Shown: piece after piece, positions 1 to 11,409 of the stretch
How the letters are laid out: each line of letters opens with the position of its first letter
Position numbering within the stretch: position 1 is the stretch's first letter
Assembly (NCBI GenBank): GCA_000146045.2
Contig: BK006949.2
Span: 128,001 to 192,000 of the forward strand
Reading direction: 5' to 3'
DNA length: 64,000 nucleotides
Source: TPA_inf: Saccharomyces
Taxonomy: Eukaryota
Made by a program: the position numbers and the translations under genes
The notes under the pieces: generated by a model
What the model saw: only the letters and a program-made list of their open reading frames with translations
Database searches by the model: none
Told to the model about the DNA's origin: nothing

Positions 1-88
1 CCCTCCCGGCAGCATGGTAACTAGTGTTGTTATAACCTGGCACAAAGGAACCGAATTGCTTGATAGAGTCAATACTTATCCGTAGCAT
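1..88 (-). CDS. MMT2: N-terminal fragment of the mitochondrial iron transporter gene MMT2 (YPL224C). The CDS continues leftward beyond the window.
   Basis: The reverse complement of 1..88 starts with ATG and reads MLRISIDSIKQFGSFVPGYNNTSYHAAGR with no stop before the window edge. Its position immediately downstream of GRE1 matches the chrXVI gene order. The identity is from memory. Confidence 0.5.
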   Translation of the reverse strand, partial: MLRISIDSIKQFGSFVPGYNNTSYHAAGR

Positions 89-631
89 ATCTTTATTGCG
101 TTTGCTTTTTTGAGAAAGTAATTGCTTACACGTTCTAGAATAAAAAAGTATGGTTGTAAGAACGCACTTGAAAAGGCACCAATCTGCTCGGGTTTTTACA
201 ACTAACACTAACCTAGATGAGAGGTAAAAAGAAATCGTAAAAAAAAGTTGTTGCCCAGCACAATAACGACACTTTACCCGCTAATTCCAGGAGGTTTGAG
301 TTAGACAACGACCTTCCCACCCCGTTTTCCCATAATTCTATTGTTATACACCTGGATCTGGAGGTCCGTGAAACGGCATACCTCGACGAAAAAGGTCACT
401 ACTAATCAAATCAAACTGACATTAATAAAAACGTATAAACTGACAGCTGTAGATCTAAATAAACTAGATTAAACATATGAAATAGTTTGTAAAAAGTGGC
501 ATCATGACCAATAATAGGTCCAGATGAAGAAAAAAGAAAAAAGAAGACGAAATTAGGGTAAAATTTCTCACTTGCTGCTCAAGGGTGAGACCCGCACCTC
601 AGGCATGTAATAGAAGCTTCGACCACCGCAT

Positions 632-1138
632 CTACCAGACGCCTTGGTTCCCACTATCATCATCATATTCATCGTTTCCTGACCCAGACAGATCGCGTCT
701 ACCGCTGCCGATATTAGAGGATTGGTAGCGGTTACTTTGAGCACCTCTTGTACGACCTTGTTTTTGCTGTTGGCCCGAAGTCAAGAAGTCATCGTCTTCA
801 TCGTCGTCCAACTGACCTTGAGTGTTAGTTTCGCGGTAAGTTTGGGTATAAGTGCCACCACCAGTGCCGGCAGTGTAGTCAGTAGTTTGTTGCTGGAAGT
901 CGTTACCGCCAAACTGCGTGTTACCGCCTAGATTAGACTGTGGCTGCTGGCGTTGAGGGAAATTCCCTTGGTTTTCTTCGCCGTAGGGATCGGCCTTGGA
1001 TCCTTGATTCCTGAATTCCCTCTGTTGATGTTTTTCATGACGCTGTTGTCTAGTCTGGTCGTCATTGTCGTCTTCGTAACGTTCATCATGATCGTTGCCG
1101 TGCAACTTATCAGCAAACTTGTTTAATAGATTGGACAT
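632..1138 (-). CDS. GRE1: Hydrophilin / stress-induced protein Gre1 (168 aa)
   Basis: A 168-aa ORF beginning MSNLLNKFADKLHGNDHDERYEDD..., hydrophilic and rich in Gly/Gln/Asp. It matches the recalled Gre1 (YPL223C) sequence and length. Confidence 0.85.
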   Translation of the reverse strand: MSNLLNKFADKLHGNDHDERYEDDNDDQTRQQRHEKHQQREFRNQGSKADPYGEENQGNFPQRQQPQSNLGGNTQFGGNDFQQQTTDYTAGTGGGTYTQTYRETNTQGQLDDDEDDDFLTSGQQQKQGRTRGAQSNRYQSSNIGSGRRDLSGSGNDEYDDDSGNQGVW

Positions 1139-2161
1139 TTCTTAATTGTTATTCGTACTTAGCTTTTATGCGGTAGTGTTTGGCTCTGCTGCTAGTAGAT
1201 ATTAAGAGTTGAGGGTAGGTATGTATCCTTTTTTTGATGAAATAGTAATGTGCTTTTATAGTCCAAGAAATATTGACTGCTTCAAGGGAGCCTGATTAAC
1301 AAGCACGTAACGGAGACCAAAAAAAGGATTTCGGTCTTTTCTAACCATTTCCCTTTACTCCCTTGTGCGTTATTTGTTTTGATTACTAGGCATGATGTAT
1401 GGAGGAACTTGCGATCAAATGTCATAAAAGTGGAGGAGTGAAAAGAAATGACGAAGCCCAAAACGTGGTCCTAGAATTACCACATTTCCTTTTTCTAAAG
1501 GAAGCCAGACTATGCTTTACGCAAGAACTGTGGTTAAAGAGGGATATTCTGATGAACATAAATTCATACACATTCATGAGAAGCACGACAAGGATTGGTT
1601 AATTACTTACAACTAAGGCAAAACTGCCATTGACCTCATCTGTACCACCACATGCTGTGTAGTTATTTTCCCTTTGTGATCCCTAAAAAAGATGGGATCT
1701 ACACACCTTACAAGAACATCCTCAAACCCATACCTGGAACCACTGAACATATTCTTCCCGTGAAAGGCTCTACGGCGAAACTACTGTAATGTCACAGGAA
1801 ATTAAGGATGCTTCGACTATGGAACGGACCATACATGGGGACCCGATGTATAGAAAGCCTCAATGAGGCAAAGAGTCTAGCTCCTTTAAGATACGTAATT
1901 CTCCTTCTGTTTTCCCTTAATTATTCGGGTGAAATACCACATGGTCGCACGGCTGACGGGGAACTCCGGAATTGGACGATGAAGAACTTAACGGTGATAT
2001 GAGGTGATCGTGGAACAAAACGTTGTGCCAAAGAAGCCACAAATACGTCACTGTAATTATTCTGCCTGCATAAAAAGAGCCATCAAGGATAAGCTAGAGA
2101 CTATACTCCGGAAGTAGAAGAAGGAAGGTGTGAGAAAGAAGATAGAGCGTGTAACACAATC

Positions 2162-4228
2162 ATGGGGGAAAAAAGGACAATAATCAAAGCGCTGAAAAAC
2201 TCTGCAGCGTCCCACTTCATCAAGAAGTTGACCGCAGATACTTCCCTGTCGTCCATACAAGAGGCAATAAACGTCGTGCAGCAGTACAATGCAACGGATC
2301 CCGTGAGATTAAAGCTTTTCCATACGCCTCGGATGGTTTCGCAGGGGGCTCATTTTGCATTTTGTTTGCCCACTAAGAAACCACATTACAAGCCATTACT
2401 GCTTTCGCAAAACGCACTTGATGAGTTTAATTTGGTGCAGGATCAGGACTTGGAGAAAATACTATCCGGTGAGAAAGTATATTATTCCGATAGTATCTTT
2501 CCCTATAGTACAGTGTACTCCGGATTTCAATTCGGCTCATTTGCTGCACAGCTGGGAGACGGACGTGTGGTAAACTTGTTTGATCTTAAGGACAAGTGTA
2601 GCGGACAATGGCAAACGTTTCAGTTGAAAGGTGCCGGTATGACGCCATTTTCTCGGTTTGCAGATGGGAAAGCTGTGTTAAGATCAAGCATACGTGAATT
2701 CATAATGAGCGAGGCGTTGCACAGTATTGGAATTCCATCCACAAGAGCTATGCAATTAACTCTGTTACCGGGGACGAAGGCGCAAAGGCGCAATCAAGAA
2801 CCGTGCGCTGTTGTATGCCGTTTTGCGCCCAGCTGGATCCGCTTGGGTAACTTCAACCTATTCAGATGGCGGCACGACTTGAAAGGGTTGATCCAACTAT
2901 CAGATTATTGCATTGAGGAATTGTTTGCTGGGGGGACCCAATTTGAGGGGAAACCCGACTTTAATATATTCAAAAGGGATTTTTTTCCTGACACTGAGAC
3001 GAAGATTGATGAGCAGGTGGAAAAGGATGAAACTGAGGTGAGTACCATGACCGGAGATAACATTTCCACATTGAGCAAATATGATGAGTTTTTCAGACAT
3101 GTAGTTAGCTTGAATGCAAACACAGTGGCCCATTGGCAAGCGTATGGGTTTGCTAACGGTGTTTTGAATACGGATAACACCTCCATTATGGGCCTGACAA
3201 TTGATTATGGCCCCTTTGCCTTCCTGGACAAGTTTGAACCAAGCTTTACCCCGAACCATGATGACACAGCGAAGAGATATTCGTTTGCCAACCAGCCAAG
3301 CATTATATGGTGGAACTTGCAACAGTTTGCCAAGGATCTCGCATGTCTGCTGGGTCCTGAGGCCCGTGACCTTGAATTGTTACTTAAGGGCGAACTGAAT
3401 TCTGTTGATGACGCCCTAGAGAAAACCATGATTGAAAGGGTCCAGAAGTTGGTAGAGCTCAGTGCTAATGAGTACAAGTATGTGTTTACGACAAGGTACG
3501 CGCAGATAATGTCTCAAAGACTCGGTGTAGATCTGGATCTGGAAAAGTGCATGTCTTCTACAAACCTCAAAGATATCGAACATGCAGCCGAGAAGGCTAA
3601 AGAGTTCTGCGATGTTATCGTCGAACCATTGCTAGATATTCTGCAGGCCACAAAAGTCGACTATAACAATTTTTTTATCCATCTACAAAATTACAAGGGG
3701 CCCTTCTTCATCAAAGATAAAAGTGACACCGCAACACTTTTTGGAGCATTCGATGAAGAGTACTTGGGTATGTTCTTCAACTCCAAGCAACTGCAGCAAA
3801 TGGCAGAAACTGAAGAGGCCTTCGCGGCTGGTGAGAAGGTCTTTGACGCTAACGGCGAATTGCGTTTGCTCAACGAAAAATTGCAAGAAATACGCAATTG
3901 GACCCAAGACTATTTGACCTTGGTCCCACCCACGGAAACTGCTGCAAGAGCGTCGCTTGCCAAGAAAGCCAACCCGTTGTTTGTCCCCAGAAGTTGGGTA
4001 CTGGAGGAAGTAGTCGACGATTTAATGTACAGTCAAAGGGATGGCCTACAAGATCCCAGTTCGGAGCTAGATACATCTGCGTTGAAGAAGCTATACCTAA
4101 TGAGCGTAAACCCATACGACCGCACGAAATGGGATGTCACTCTGCGGCCAGAACTGGAGACAAAATGGGCTGACCTTTCCCACCAAGATGACGCTAAGTT
4201 TATGATGCAAGCTTCCTGCAGTAGCTAA
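2162..4228 (+). CDS. FMP40: Mitochondrial SelO-family protein adenylyltransferase (AMPylase), 688 aa
   Basis: A 688-aa ORF whose length and neighbourhood match YPL222W. Selenoprotein-O-like motifs are spread along the protein. Confidence 0.85.
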   Translation: MGEKRTIIKALKNSAASHFIKKLTADTSLSSIQEAINVVQQYNATDPVRLKLFHTPRMVSQGAHFAFCLPTKKPHYKPLLLSQNALDEFNLVQDQDLEKILSGEKVYYSDSIFPYSTVYSGFQFGSFAAQLGDGRVVNLFDLKDKCSGQWQTFQLKGAGMTPFSRFADGKAVLRSSIREFIMSEALHSIGIPSTRAMQLTLLPGTKAQRRNQEPCAVVCRFAPSWIRLGNFNLFRWRHDLKGLIQLSDYCIEELFAGGTQFEGKPDFNIFKRDFFPDTETKIDEQVEKDETEVSTMTGDNISTLSKYDEFFRHVVSLNANTVAHWQAYGFANGVLNTDNTSIMGLTIDYGPFAFLDKFEPSFTPNHDDTAKRYSFANQPSIIWWNLQQFAKDLACLLGPEARDLELLLKGELNSVDDALEKTMIERVQKLVELSANEYKYVFTTRYAQIMSQRLGVDLDLEKCMSSTNLKDIEHAAEKAKEFCDVIVEPLLDILQATKVDYNNFFIHLQNYKGPFFIKDKSDTATLFGAFDEEYLGMFFNSKQLQQMAETEEAFAAGEKVFDANGELRLLNEKLQEIRNWTQDYLTLVPPTETAARASLAKKANPLFVPRSWVLEEVVDDLMYSQRDGLQDPSSELDTSALKKLYLMSVNPYDRTKWDVTLRPELETKWADLSHQDDAKFMMQASCSS

Positions 4229-4456
4229 ATGACCACAGATGTATTTATACATTCATAGCTATATATATACATATATATATATACATGTAATATGGCGCAA
4301 GTAGGCACGGTAGTCACCAATTGCTCAGGTATCTCCTCGGTGTAAAAGCACGTACACCGCGTTCGGAGAGTCGTTTATAAACTCAAAAGGGGAAAGAGAC
4401 AAGGGTAGCCGAACGACTGGCACCGGACACGAACACGAAAACTTATTTAGATTATT

Positions 4457-4520
4457 AAAAAAAAAAAAAAAAGAGAGGAAACGAGGCGGAGGCGGAGAGG
4501 AGGAGAGAGACAAGAGACGG
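4457..4520 (+). promoter_or_regulatory. An A16 homopolymer followed by a GA-rich purine tract in the FMP40–FLC1 intergenic region (FLC1 promoter)
   Basis: The sequence reads aaaaaaaaaaaaaaaagagaggaaacgaggcggaggcggagaggaggagagagacaagagacggg. Poly(dA:dT) tracts like this are typical nucleosome-excluding promoter elements. Confidence 0.5.
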
Positions 4521-5042
4521 GCAGAACAAGAAGGGTAAAAACAGTGAGAAACAGTCTCCGCCGTTTTGACTGCGTATCCATCGTTATTGTCCACTACGAG
4601 ACGCTAATGACGAAACGAGCTACCACATGCGTTTCCTACGCACCTGCTAAAGACCTGACACTTTAAAGGACCCATCTTCTGGCCTTCTGTCCCGGGTGCT
4701 GACCAAGCTCTCTTCCTTTTCCTTGCATTTTTTATATATTAATACTCACTTTCTTTCCGATTTTTATTTTTGAGTCTTCTTAAGCAAAATCCTGCTATGC
4801 GAATCTGAACCGATCGCTCGAGAACTAACTTAACCATACTTGCTCACATTGCCGTTTTGGGAAACTGCGGAATTTTTTTGGGAAAGAACAAGAAATAAGC
4901 GGAGGCACACATAGAAAAAAGAAACGCAGAAAGATCAAGCACGGATATTTCTGGCTAGAGGTTTATAAAAGAAAGAATACCTGGCAGCAAAGAGATTATT
5001 TTCATTATTGACACACATACCCGACCAAAAACGGCGTTAAGA

Positions 5043-7424
5043 ATGCAAGTACTAGTGACGCTCTGGTGTCTAATATGCACATGCCTGGTACTACCAGTGG
5101 CCGCCAAGAAAAGGACACTGACAGCGAGTTCACTGGTCACGTGCATGGAGAACTCACAGCTTTCAGCCAATAGTTTCGATGTGTCGTTTTCTCCAGACGA
5201 TCGATCGCTACATTACGATCTGGATATGACCACGCAGATCGACTCTTACATCTACGCTTATGTGGACGTGTATGCCTACGGGTTCAAGATTATTACGGAG
5301 AACTTCGACGTGTGTTCAATGGGTTGGAAGCAGTTTTGCCCTGTGCACCCAGGTAACATACAAATCGACTCCATTGAATACATTGCCCAGAAGTACGTGA
5401 AAATGATTCCGGGAATTGCCTACCAAGTGCCCGATATTGATGCGTACGTAAGATTGAACATTTATAACAACGTAAGTGAAAATTTGGCTTGTATCCAGGT
5501 TTTCTTTTCCAATGGGAAAACTGTATCACAAATTGGGGTTAAATGGGTGACAGCTGTTATCGCCGGTATTGGTTTATTAACTTCCGCTGTCTTGTCCACC
5601 TTCGGGAACTCCACAGCAGCATCTCACATTTCTGCAAACACCATGTCACTGTTCTTATATTTCCAATCTGTCGCTGTGGTCGCAATGCAACATGTAGACA
5701 GTGTTCCACCCATTGCTGCTGCCTGGTCTGAAAACCTTGCCTGGTCGATGGGCTTGATCCGTATTACATTTATGCAGAAAATCTTCCGTTGGTATGTAGA
5801 GGCGACTGGAGGCTCCGCATCTCTATATTTGACCGCGACAACAATGTCAGTGCTCACTCAACGAGGTCTGGATTACCTTAAAAATACTTCGGTTTACAAG
5901 AGGGCGGAAAATGTCTTGTACGGTAACTCAAACACTTTAATCTTTCGAGGAATTAAAAGAATGGGATACCGTATGAAGATTGAAAATACGGCCATCGTTT
6001 GTACTGGGTTCACATTCTTTGTGCTGTGCGGTTATTTTTTGGCCGGGTTTATCATGGCCTGCAAATACAGTATCGAGTTATGTATAAGATGTGGTTGGAT
6101 GCGGAGTGATAGGTTTTACCAATTTAGGAAAAACTGGAGGTCAGTTCTGAAAGGATCGTTGTTAAGATACATCTATATTGGGTTCACGCAACTGACAATT
6201 TTAAGTTTTTGGGAGTTCACTGAACGGGATTCCGCCGGTGTTATTGTTATTGCATGCCTATTCATTGTATTGTCATGCGGGTTGATGGCGTGGGCTGCGT
6301 ACAGAACCATTTTTTTCGCAAGTAAATCTGTGGAAATGTACAATAACCCAGCTGCTTTATTGTATGGTGATGAGTACGTCTTAAACAAGTACGGGTTTTT
6401 CTACACCATGTTCAACGCAAAACATTATTGGTGGAATGCTCTTTTAACGACGTATATTCTTGTAAAAGCTTTATTTGTCGGATTCGCACAGGCATCAGGT
6501 AAAACGCAAGCATTGGCTATTTTCATTATTGACTTGGCGTATTTTGTTGCCATCATCCGTTATAAACCATATTTGGACCGTCCAACGAATATTGTCAACA
6601 TTTTTATTTGCACTGTCACCTTGGTCAACTCTTTCCTTTTCATGTTTTTCTCAAACTTGTTTAACCAAAAGTATGCTGTCTCTGCCATCATGGGCTGGGT
6701 GTTTTTCATTATGAATGCTGCGTTTTCTTTGCTTCTACTGTTGATGATTCTGGCCTTTACCACAATCATTCTGTTTTCTAAGAATCCTGACTCCAGGTTC
6801 AAGCCAGCAAAGGATGACAGAGCATCTTTCCAAAAGCATGCTATTCCTCATGAAGGTGCCTTGAATAAGTCAGTGGCCAACGAATTAATGGCCCTAGGTA
6901 ATGTGGCAAAGGATCATACCGAAAATTGGGAATACGAACTGAAGAGTCAAGAAGGTAAAAGTGAAGATAATCTTTTCGGAGTTGAATACGATGACGAGAA
7001 AACAGGAACTAATTCAGAGAATGCTGAAAGTAGCAGTAAGGAAACCACCCGTCCAACCTTTTCTGAAAAGGTTTTACGTTCATTATCAATCAAAAGGAAT
7101 AAGAGTAAACTGGGCAGTTTCAAGCGCAGCGCTCCGGATAAGATAACACAACAAGAGGTTTCTCCTGACCGCGCCAGCTCTTCGCCTAACAGCAAGTCAT
7201 ACCCCGGTGTCTCGCACACCAGGCAAGAATCTGAAGCGAATAATGGGCTAATCAATGCATATGAAGATGAGCAATTCAGTCTGATGGAACCAAGCATACT
7301 GGAAGACGCTGCTAGTTCCACCCAAATGCATGCTATGCCAGCCCGAGATTTGAGCTTGAGCAGTGTTGCAAACGCCCAAGATGTTACTAAAAAAGCAAAC
7401 ATCCTGGATCCTGATTATTTGTAA
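5043..7424 (+). CDS. FLC1: Putative FAD transporter / TRP-like membrane protein Flc1, 793 aa
   Basis: A 793-aa ORF with an N-terminal signal peptide, multiple TM helices and a Ser-rich C-terminal tail. It matches YPL221W. Confidence 0.85.
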   Translation: MQVLVTLWCLICTCLVLPVAAKKRTLTASSLVTCMENSQLSANSFDVSFSPDDRSLHYDLDMTTQIDSYIYAYVDVYAYGFKIITENFDVCSMGWKQFCPVHPGNIQIDSIEYIAQKYVKMIPGIAYQVPDIDAYVRLNIYNNVSENLACIQVFFSNGKTVSQIGVKWVTAVIAGIGLLTSAVLSTFGNSTAASHISANTMSLFLYFQSVAVVAMQHVDSVPPIAAAWSENLAWSMGLIRITFMQKIFRWYVEATGGSASLYLTATTMSVLTQRGLDYLKNTSVYKRAENVLYGNSNTLIFRGIKRMGYRMKIENTAIVCTGFTFFVLCGYFLAGFIMACKYSIELCIRCGWMRSDRFYQFRKNWRSVLKGSLLRYIYIGFTQLTILSFWEFTERDSAGVIVIACLFIVLSCGLMAWAAYRTIFFASKSVEMYNNPAALLYGDEYVLNKYGFFYTMFNAKHYWWNALLTTYILVKALFVGFAQASGKTQALAIFIIDLAYFVAIIRYKPYLDRPTNIVNIFICTVTLVNSFLFMFFSNLFNQKYAVSAIMGWVFFIMNAAFSLLLLLMILAFTTIILFSKNPDSRFKPAKDDRASFQKHAIPHEGALNKSVANELMALGNVAKDHTENWEYELKSQEGKSEDNLFGVEYDDEKTGTNSENAESSSKETTRPTFSEKVLRSLSIKRNKSKLGSFKRSAPDKITQQEVSPDRASSSPNSKSYPGVSHTRQESEANNGLINAYEDEQFSLMEPSILEDAASSTQMHAMPARDLSLSSVANAQDVTKKANILDPDYL

Positions 7425-7789
7425 GCTTTGTCGATGGGATAAAGGTAAAAAGAACAACGTAATTAAATCATTACGAAAACTCTACTGCATTATTTTTTAG
7501 TCTTTTTATAGAGACATGAACATTCAATTACTTTCAAGGATAAATATTCTAATATTCATATTATTCACTTATGTATTTTTAACGAAACTCTACTCCATTC
7601 TACTGGGATCGGGCATACTTTACGGGGTGCACGGATTTTAGCAGTCTTTTTCTTTCTTGGCTTTTGCGAGATGCCTTGAGAGGAAGATTTTTTTTTCACT
7701 CAAAACCTCTGTCTTGTACATATCTAGAACATGTTTCATTGATATTGGACGTTACTATTTCAATTTAACAGTCAACCAGTCGTCCAAAA

Positions 7790-8443
7790 ATGTCCAAGAT
7801 CACTTCTTCTCAAGTCAGAGAACACGTCAAGGAATTGTTGAAGTATTCCAACGAAACCAAGAAGAGAAACTTCTTGGAAACCGTCGAACTACAAGTCGGT
7901 TTGAAGAACTATGACCCTCAAAGAGACAAGCGTTTCTCTGGTTCTTTGAAGTTGCCAAATTGTCCAAGACCAAACATGTCCATCTGTATCTTCGGTGATG
8001 CTTTCGATGTTGACAGAGCTAAGTCTTGCGGTGTTGACGCTATGTCCGTCGATGACTTGAAGAAGTTGAACAAGAACAAGAAGTTAATCAAGAAGTTGTC
8101 TAAGAAGTACAACGCTTTCATTGCTTCTGAAGTTTTGATCAAGCAAGTTCCAAGACTATTGGGTCCTCAATTGTCCAAGGCTGGTAAGTTCCCAACCCCA
8201 GTTTCTCACAACGATGACTTGTACGGTAAGGTCACTGATGTCAGATCTACCATCAAGTTCCAATTGAAGAAGGTCTTGTGTTTGGCTGTTGCCGTTGGTA
8301 ACGTTGAAATGGAAGAAGACGTTTTGGTTAACCAAATCTTGATGTCTGTTAACTTCTTTGTTTCTTTGTTGAAGAAGAACTGGCAAAATGTTGGTTCCTT
8401 GGTTGTTAAGTCCTCCATGGGTCCAGCTTTCAGATTGTACTAA
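7790..8443 (+). CDS. RPL1A: Ribosomal protein L1 (uL1), 217 aa
   Basis: The [54 protein letters not shown]... is the canonical yeast L1 sequence, and its codon usage is strongly biased (highly expressed gene). Confidence 0.93.
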
Positions 8444-8749
8444 GCATAATTACGTGTTTTCATAGTTTAACGCTTTCAGAACTACTTATTTAATTTTGTA
8501 AGAAGTAATTTGAGTCACATTTGTATTTAGTAAAAGATTAAGAGTATTTCTATTTCACCGCCTTGATAGGAAAGAGCGGCGCGGAAGGGCAGCTGTAGGG
8601 AATTTTGCTCTGTATTCCCCTGTTTAATATCAAAAACAACAGAGAAGGATCCCCGATGAGAAAGACGCTCGGGAGGTCTCTGTGTTTGCTAGGCAATTGA
8701 CATATTTAAAAGATTTTGTTTGAGGTTTTGCAGATAAACAAGAAGCAGT

Positions 8750-10228
8750 ATGGCTAATGATCAAGATCCCAACAAGTCTCTCATTAATGACGCTTTGACT
8801 CGGAGTATGTCCGAATTTTATGATGATGATGATGATAACGACAGTGACATGTGTAGGGCAAATGATGAGGGAGAAGACGTTTTTGACCTTCCACTTAAGG
8901 TAGGCGTTTCTCAAAGCAGGAACTTTTCAGAAGTAAATGACGTGTTAGACCCGCTTTCTAGTTTGCATGGTCCGTCCAAGAAGGTGAGATTTGAACAGCA
9001 AAAGCAGCAACAGCAACATCAGCAACTTCACAATGACTTCAATACAGATTTCAACCTGAAAAGCCCGTCCAGTAAAAAAATGGGGGTAGAACAGCTGATC
9101 CAGTCAGCCAATGAAATCAACGATTACCTCGCTAACAACATTGACAAGGTAAATAGCTTTAACTCAGAGCTATTGAGCGGCAGTGGCAAGTTACCTGGGA
9201 GAGTAAAGAGTGACACAGCAACTCAAGGTACCGGACGCTTAGATTCCATGTCCAACTTTGCTCTTAGCGATACGGAGTTGGACAATGATGACGATAATTA
9301 TCTCCTGGATCCCCTTGCAAATGCTAGCTCTACTACACCCACTGTGGAACACCACGGTTACAGCTTATTAGACAAGGCTTTATCCACGTCTGATAAGGAA
9401 AAAATATATACGAATAAAGTGAATTCGAATAGTCAGATAGATACTGATAATCACTCTCACGAAAGTGGAAACACTACCAATAACGAAACAGATGAAAATG
9501 AGAGTTCGGAGATCCTGGACTACACAAAATTTGATTCTTTCCCCTATCCCCCGTCTTCTGCCCCCAATGGGGAACCACCAGATTTGAAAGTGCTAAGCAT
9601 TGAATGTGAGCAGGAAAATGAAAAAGAGCTACGACGAATATCTTTATTATTGGATCATTACGAATCAATACCGAAAATACCAGAATTGTCAGACGATGAA
9701 GCACTATCTAAGTTCCGTGAGAATATCGAATTAATTTTACAACTATCTAAGAAAATTAACGATAATGCGAACACTTTAGCGATTTCCTCCGAAGATCCTC
9801 AAAAATTTGTTAATTTTGTGATGAAGAACCCACCTTCCTTATCATTCAGAGATTTTATCGACAGAATCCAGAATAAATGCATGTTTGGTGCCGTAGTCTA
9901 TCTTGGAGCCACCTATCTACTTCAACTTGTGTTTCTTACGAGAGACGAAATGGACGGTCCCATAAAGTTGAAGGCTAAATTACAGGAGGACCAAGCCCAT
10001 AGGATCATCATATCTACAATAAGAATTGCCACCAAGCTATTAGAAGACTTTGTCCACTCACAAAACTACATTTGCAAAGTCTTCGGTATTTCAAAAAGAC
10101 TGCTGACCAAACTGGAAATTTCTTTCATGGCGAGTGTTAATTTCGATGGATTAATGATTACTTGTGAAAAATTAGAAAAAACATTGCATATCCTTGATGA
10201 TACAAGACAGGCATTAGGAAACACATGA
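8750..10228 (+). CDS. PCL8: Pho85 cyclin Pcl8, 492 aa
   Basis: A 492-aa ORF with a C-terminal cyclin box (…FVMKNPPSLSFRDFIDRIQNKCMFGAVVYLGATYLLQ…). Its length and position match YPL219W. Confidence 0.8.
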   Translation: MANDQDPNKSLINDALTRSMSEFYDDDDDNDSDMCRANDEGEDVFDLPLKVGVSQSRNFSEVNDVLDPLSSLHGPSKKVRFEQQKQQQQHQQLHNDFNTDFNLKSPSSKKMGVEQLIQSANEINDYLANNIDKVNSFNSELLSGSGKLPGRVKSDTATQGTGRLDSMSNFALSDTELDNDDDNYLLDPLANASSTTPTVEHHGYSLLDKALSTSDKEKIYTNKVNSNSQIDTDNHSHESGNTTNNETDENESSEILDYTKFDSFPYPPSSAPNGEPPDLKVLSIECEQENEKELRRISLLLDHYESIPKIPELSDDEALSKFRENIELILQLSKKINDNANTLAISSEDPQKFVNFVMKNPPSLSFRDFIDRIQNKCMFGAVVYLGATYLLQLVFLTRDEMDGPIKLKAKLQEDQAHRIIISTIRIATKLLEDFVHSQNYICKVFGISKRLLTKLEISFMASVNFDGLMITCEKLEKTLHILDDTRQALGNT

Positions 10229-10697
10229 GTTTTGCATATGTATTATGCAGGTTCATTTGTTCCTTCCCTTATTTCTTTTCATAGTATTTATTTTTATTTA
10301 TTTATTTATTTTTTTTTGGATTTTATTTTATTTCTTTTTTAATGCTAAGAAAGTAATTCCGCATAATTAAACGTGTGCTGGCCTCGATAGGTACCTATAG
10401 TATACAGAAGCTTACGAAAAGCTCCTGCAGGATGGCACTTCTAAAATTCGCGCTCAACATGGCCGTATTGTACATTATATCGTTCTATCATTATATCGTA
10501 TACGCCCGCATTACCCGACAACTCCGTCTGCAACGCGTTGACCAGAAAACTCGAACAAGAGATCGCATAAAAAACCAAAAGGAAACGAATTACTTGTCAA
10601 ATAGTTATTGTAATGGATCCTCTAGAAAGGCAAACAGTAGATTTATTTCCTTCTTTTCTAGAAACATCATTATAACTAACAATATATAATTGGAATA

Positions 10698-10725
10698 ATG
10701 GCTGGTTGGGATATTTTTGGTTGGT
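10698..10725 (+). CDS. SAR1: SAR1 exon 1 (ATG GCT GGT TGG GAT ATT TTT GGT TGG T, encoding MAGWDIFGW and the first base of F)
   Basis: The ATG is followed by 28 nt and then a GTATGT 5' splice site at 10726. Joined to exon 2 this gives the canonical Sar1 N-terminus [25 protein letters not shown]. Confidence 0.88.
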
Positions 10726-10864
10726 GTATGTTATCACCCTGTTCACGTTTTTCGGATACTTAGTTTTATTCAATGTGGTAAACATTGAATGTTTTCAGCT
10801 TAAGATCTATTTTTTTTTTTCTAGAAGAAATTGCGTCCTTTACTAACTTTATTTTACTGTACAG
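10726..10864 (+). other. SAR1: SAR1 spliceosomal intron (139 nt)
   Basis: The 5' splice site GTATGT is at 10726, the branchpoint TACTAAC at 10841..10847, and the 3' splice site is ...tactgtacAG ending at 10864. Confidence 0.88.
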
Positions 10865-11409
10865 TCAGAGATGTGTTGGCTTCCCTTGGTCTGTGGAACA
10901 AACATGGTAAACTACTTTTCTTGGGTTTGGATAATGCCGGTAAGACCACATTGCTACATATGTTAAAGAACGATAGATTGGCAACCTTACAACCAACATG
11001 GCATCCAACTTCTGAAGAACTGGCTATTGGTAACATTAAGTTTACAACTTTCGATTTGGGTGGTCATATTCAAGCTCGTCGTTTATGGAAGGATTATTTC
11101 CCAGAAGTTAATGGTATCGTCTTTTTAGTCGATGCTGCTGACCCTGAAAGATTTGATGAAGCACGTGTCGAATTAGATGCTTTATTCAACATTGCCGAAT
11201 TGAAGGACGTTCCTTTTGTAATTCTTGGTAACAAGATCGATGCTCCAAACGCCGTTTCTGAAGCGGAGCTACGTTCTGCTTTAGGATTATTGAATACCAC
11301 TGGCTCTCAAAGAATTGAAGGTCAAAGACCAGTTGAAGTTTTCATGTGTTCCGTTGTTATGAGAAATGGTTATTTAGAGGCGTTCCAATGGTTATCTCAA
11401 TATATTTAA
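10865..11409 (+). CDS. SAR1: SAR1 exon 2. Sar1 is the COPII small GTPase (190 aa in total).
   Basis: Translation continues ...[52 protein letters not shown]... with the GTPase G1–G5 motifs. The total CDS of 573 nt gives 190 aa. Confidence 0.9.

Noticed and set aside
1139-2161. Searched the shared GRE1/FMP40 upstream region for STRE (CCCCT/AGGGG) elements expected for stress-induced GRE1
   Set aside because: I found no exact pentamers in the first about 700 bp upstream of GRE1 by eye (only TGGGG and CGGGG variants). I cannot support an STRE call from this sequence alone.
2900-3322. A 140-aa minus-strand ORF inside FMP40, and similar antisense ORFs in THI6 (20681..21121), APL5 (48564..49040), DDC1 (52161..52625) and FLC1
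   Set aside because: They are fully nested antisense to long conserved CDSs. Such ORFs are expected by chance in AT-rich yeast DNA, and they lack codon bias.
10375-10689. A 104-aa plus-strand ORF filling the PCL8–SAR1 intergenic region and ending 9 nt before the SAR1 ATG
   Set aside because: It lies in the SAR1 promoter or 5' UTR, is AT-rich with poor codon usage, and has no recognisable features. An MCB-like ACGCGT at 10543 is noted but is a single hexamer.
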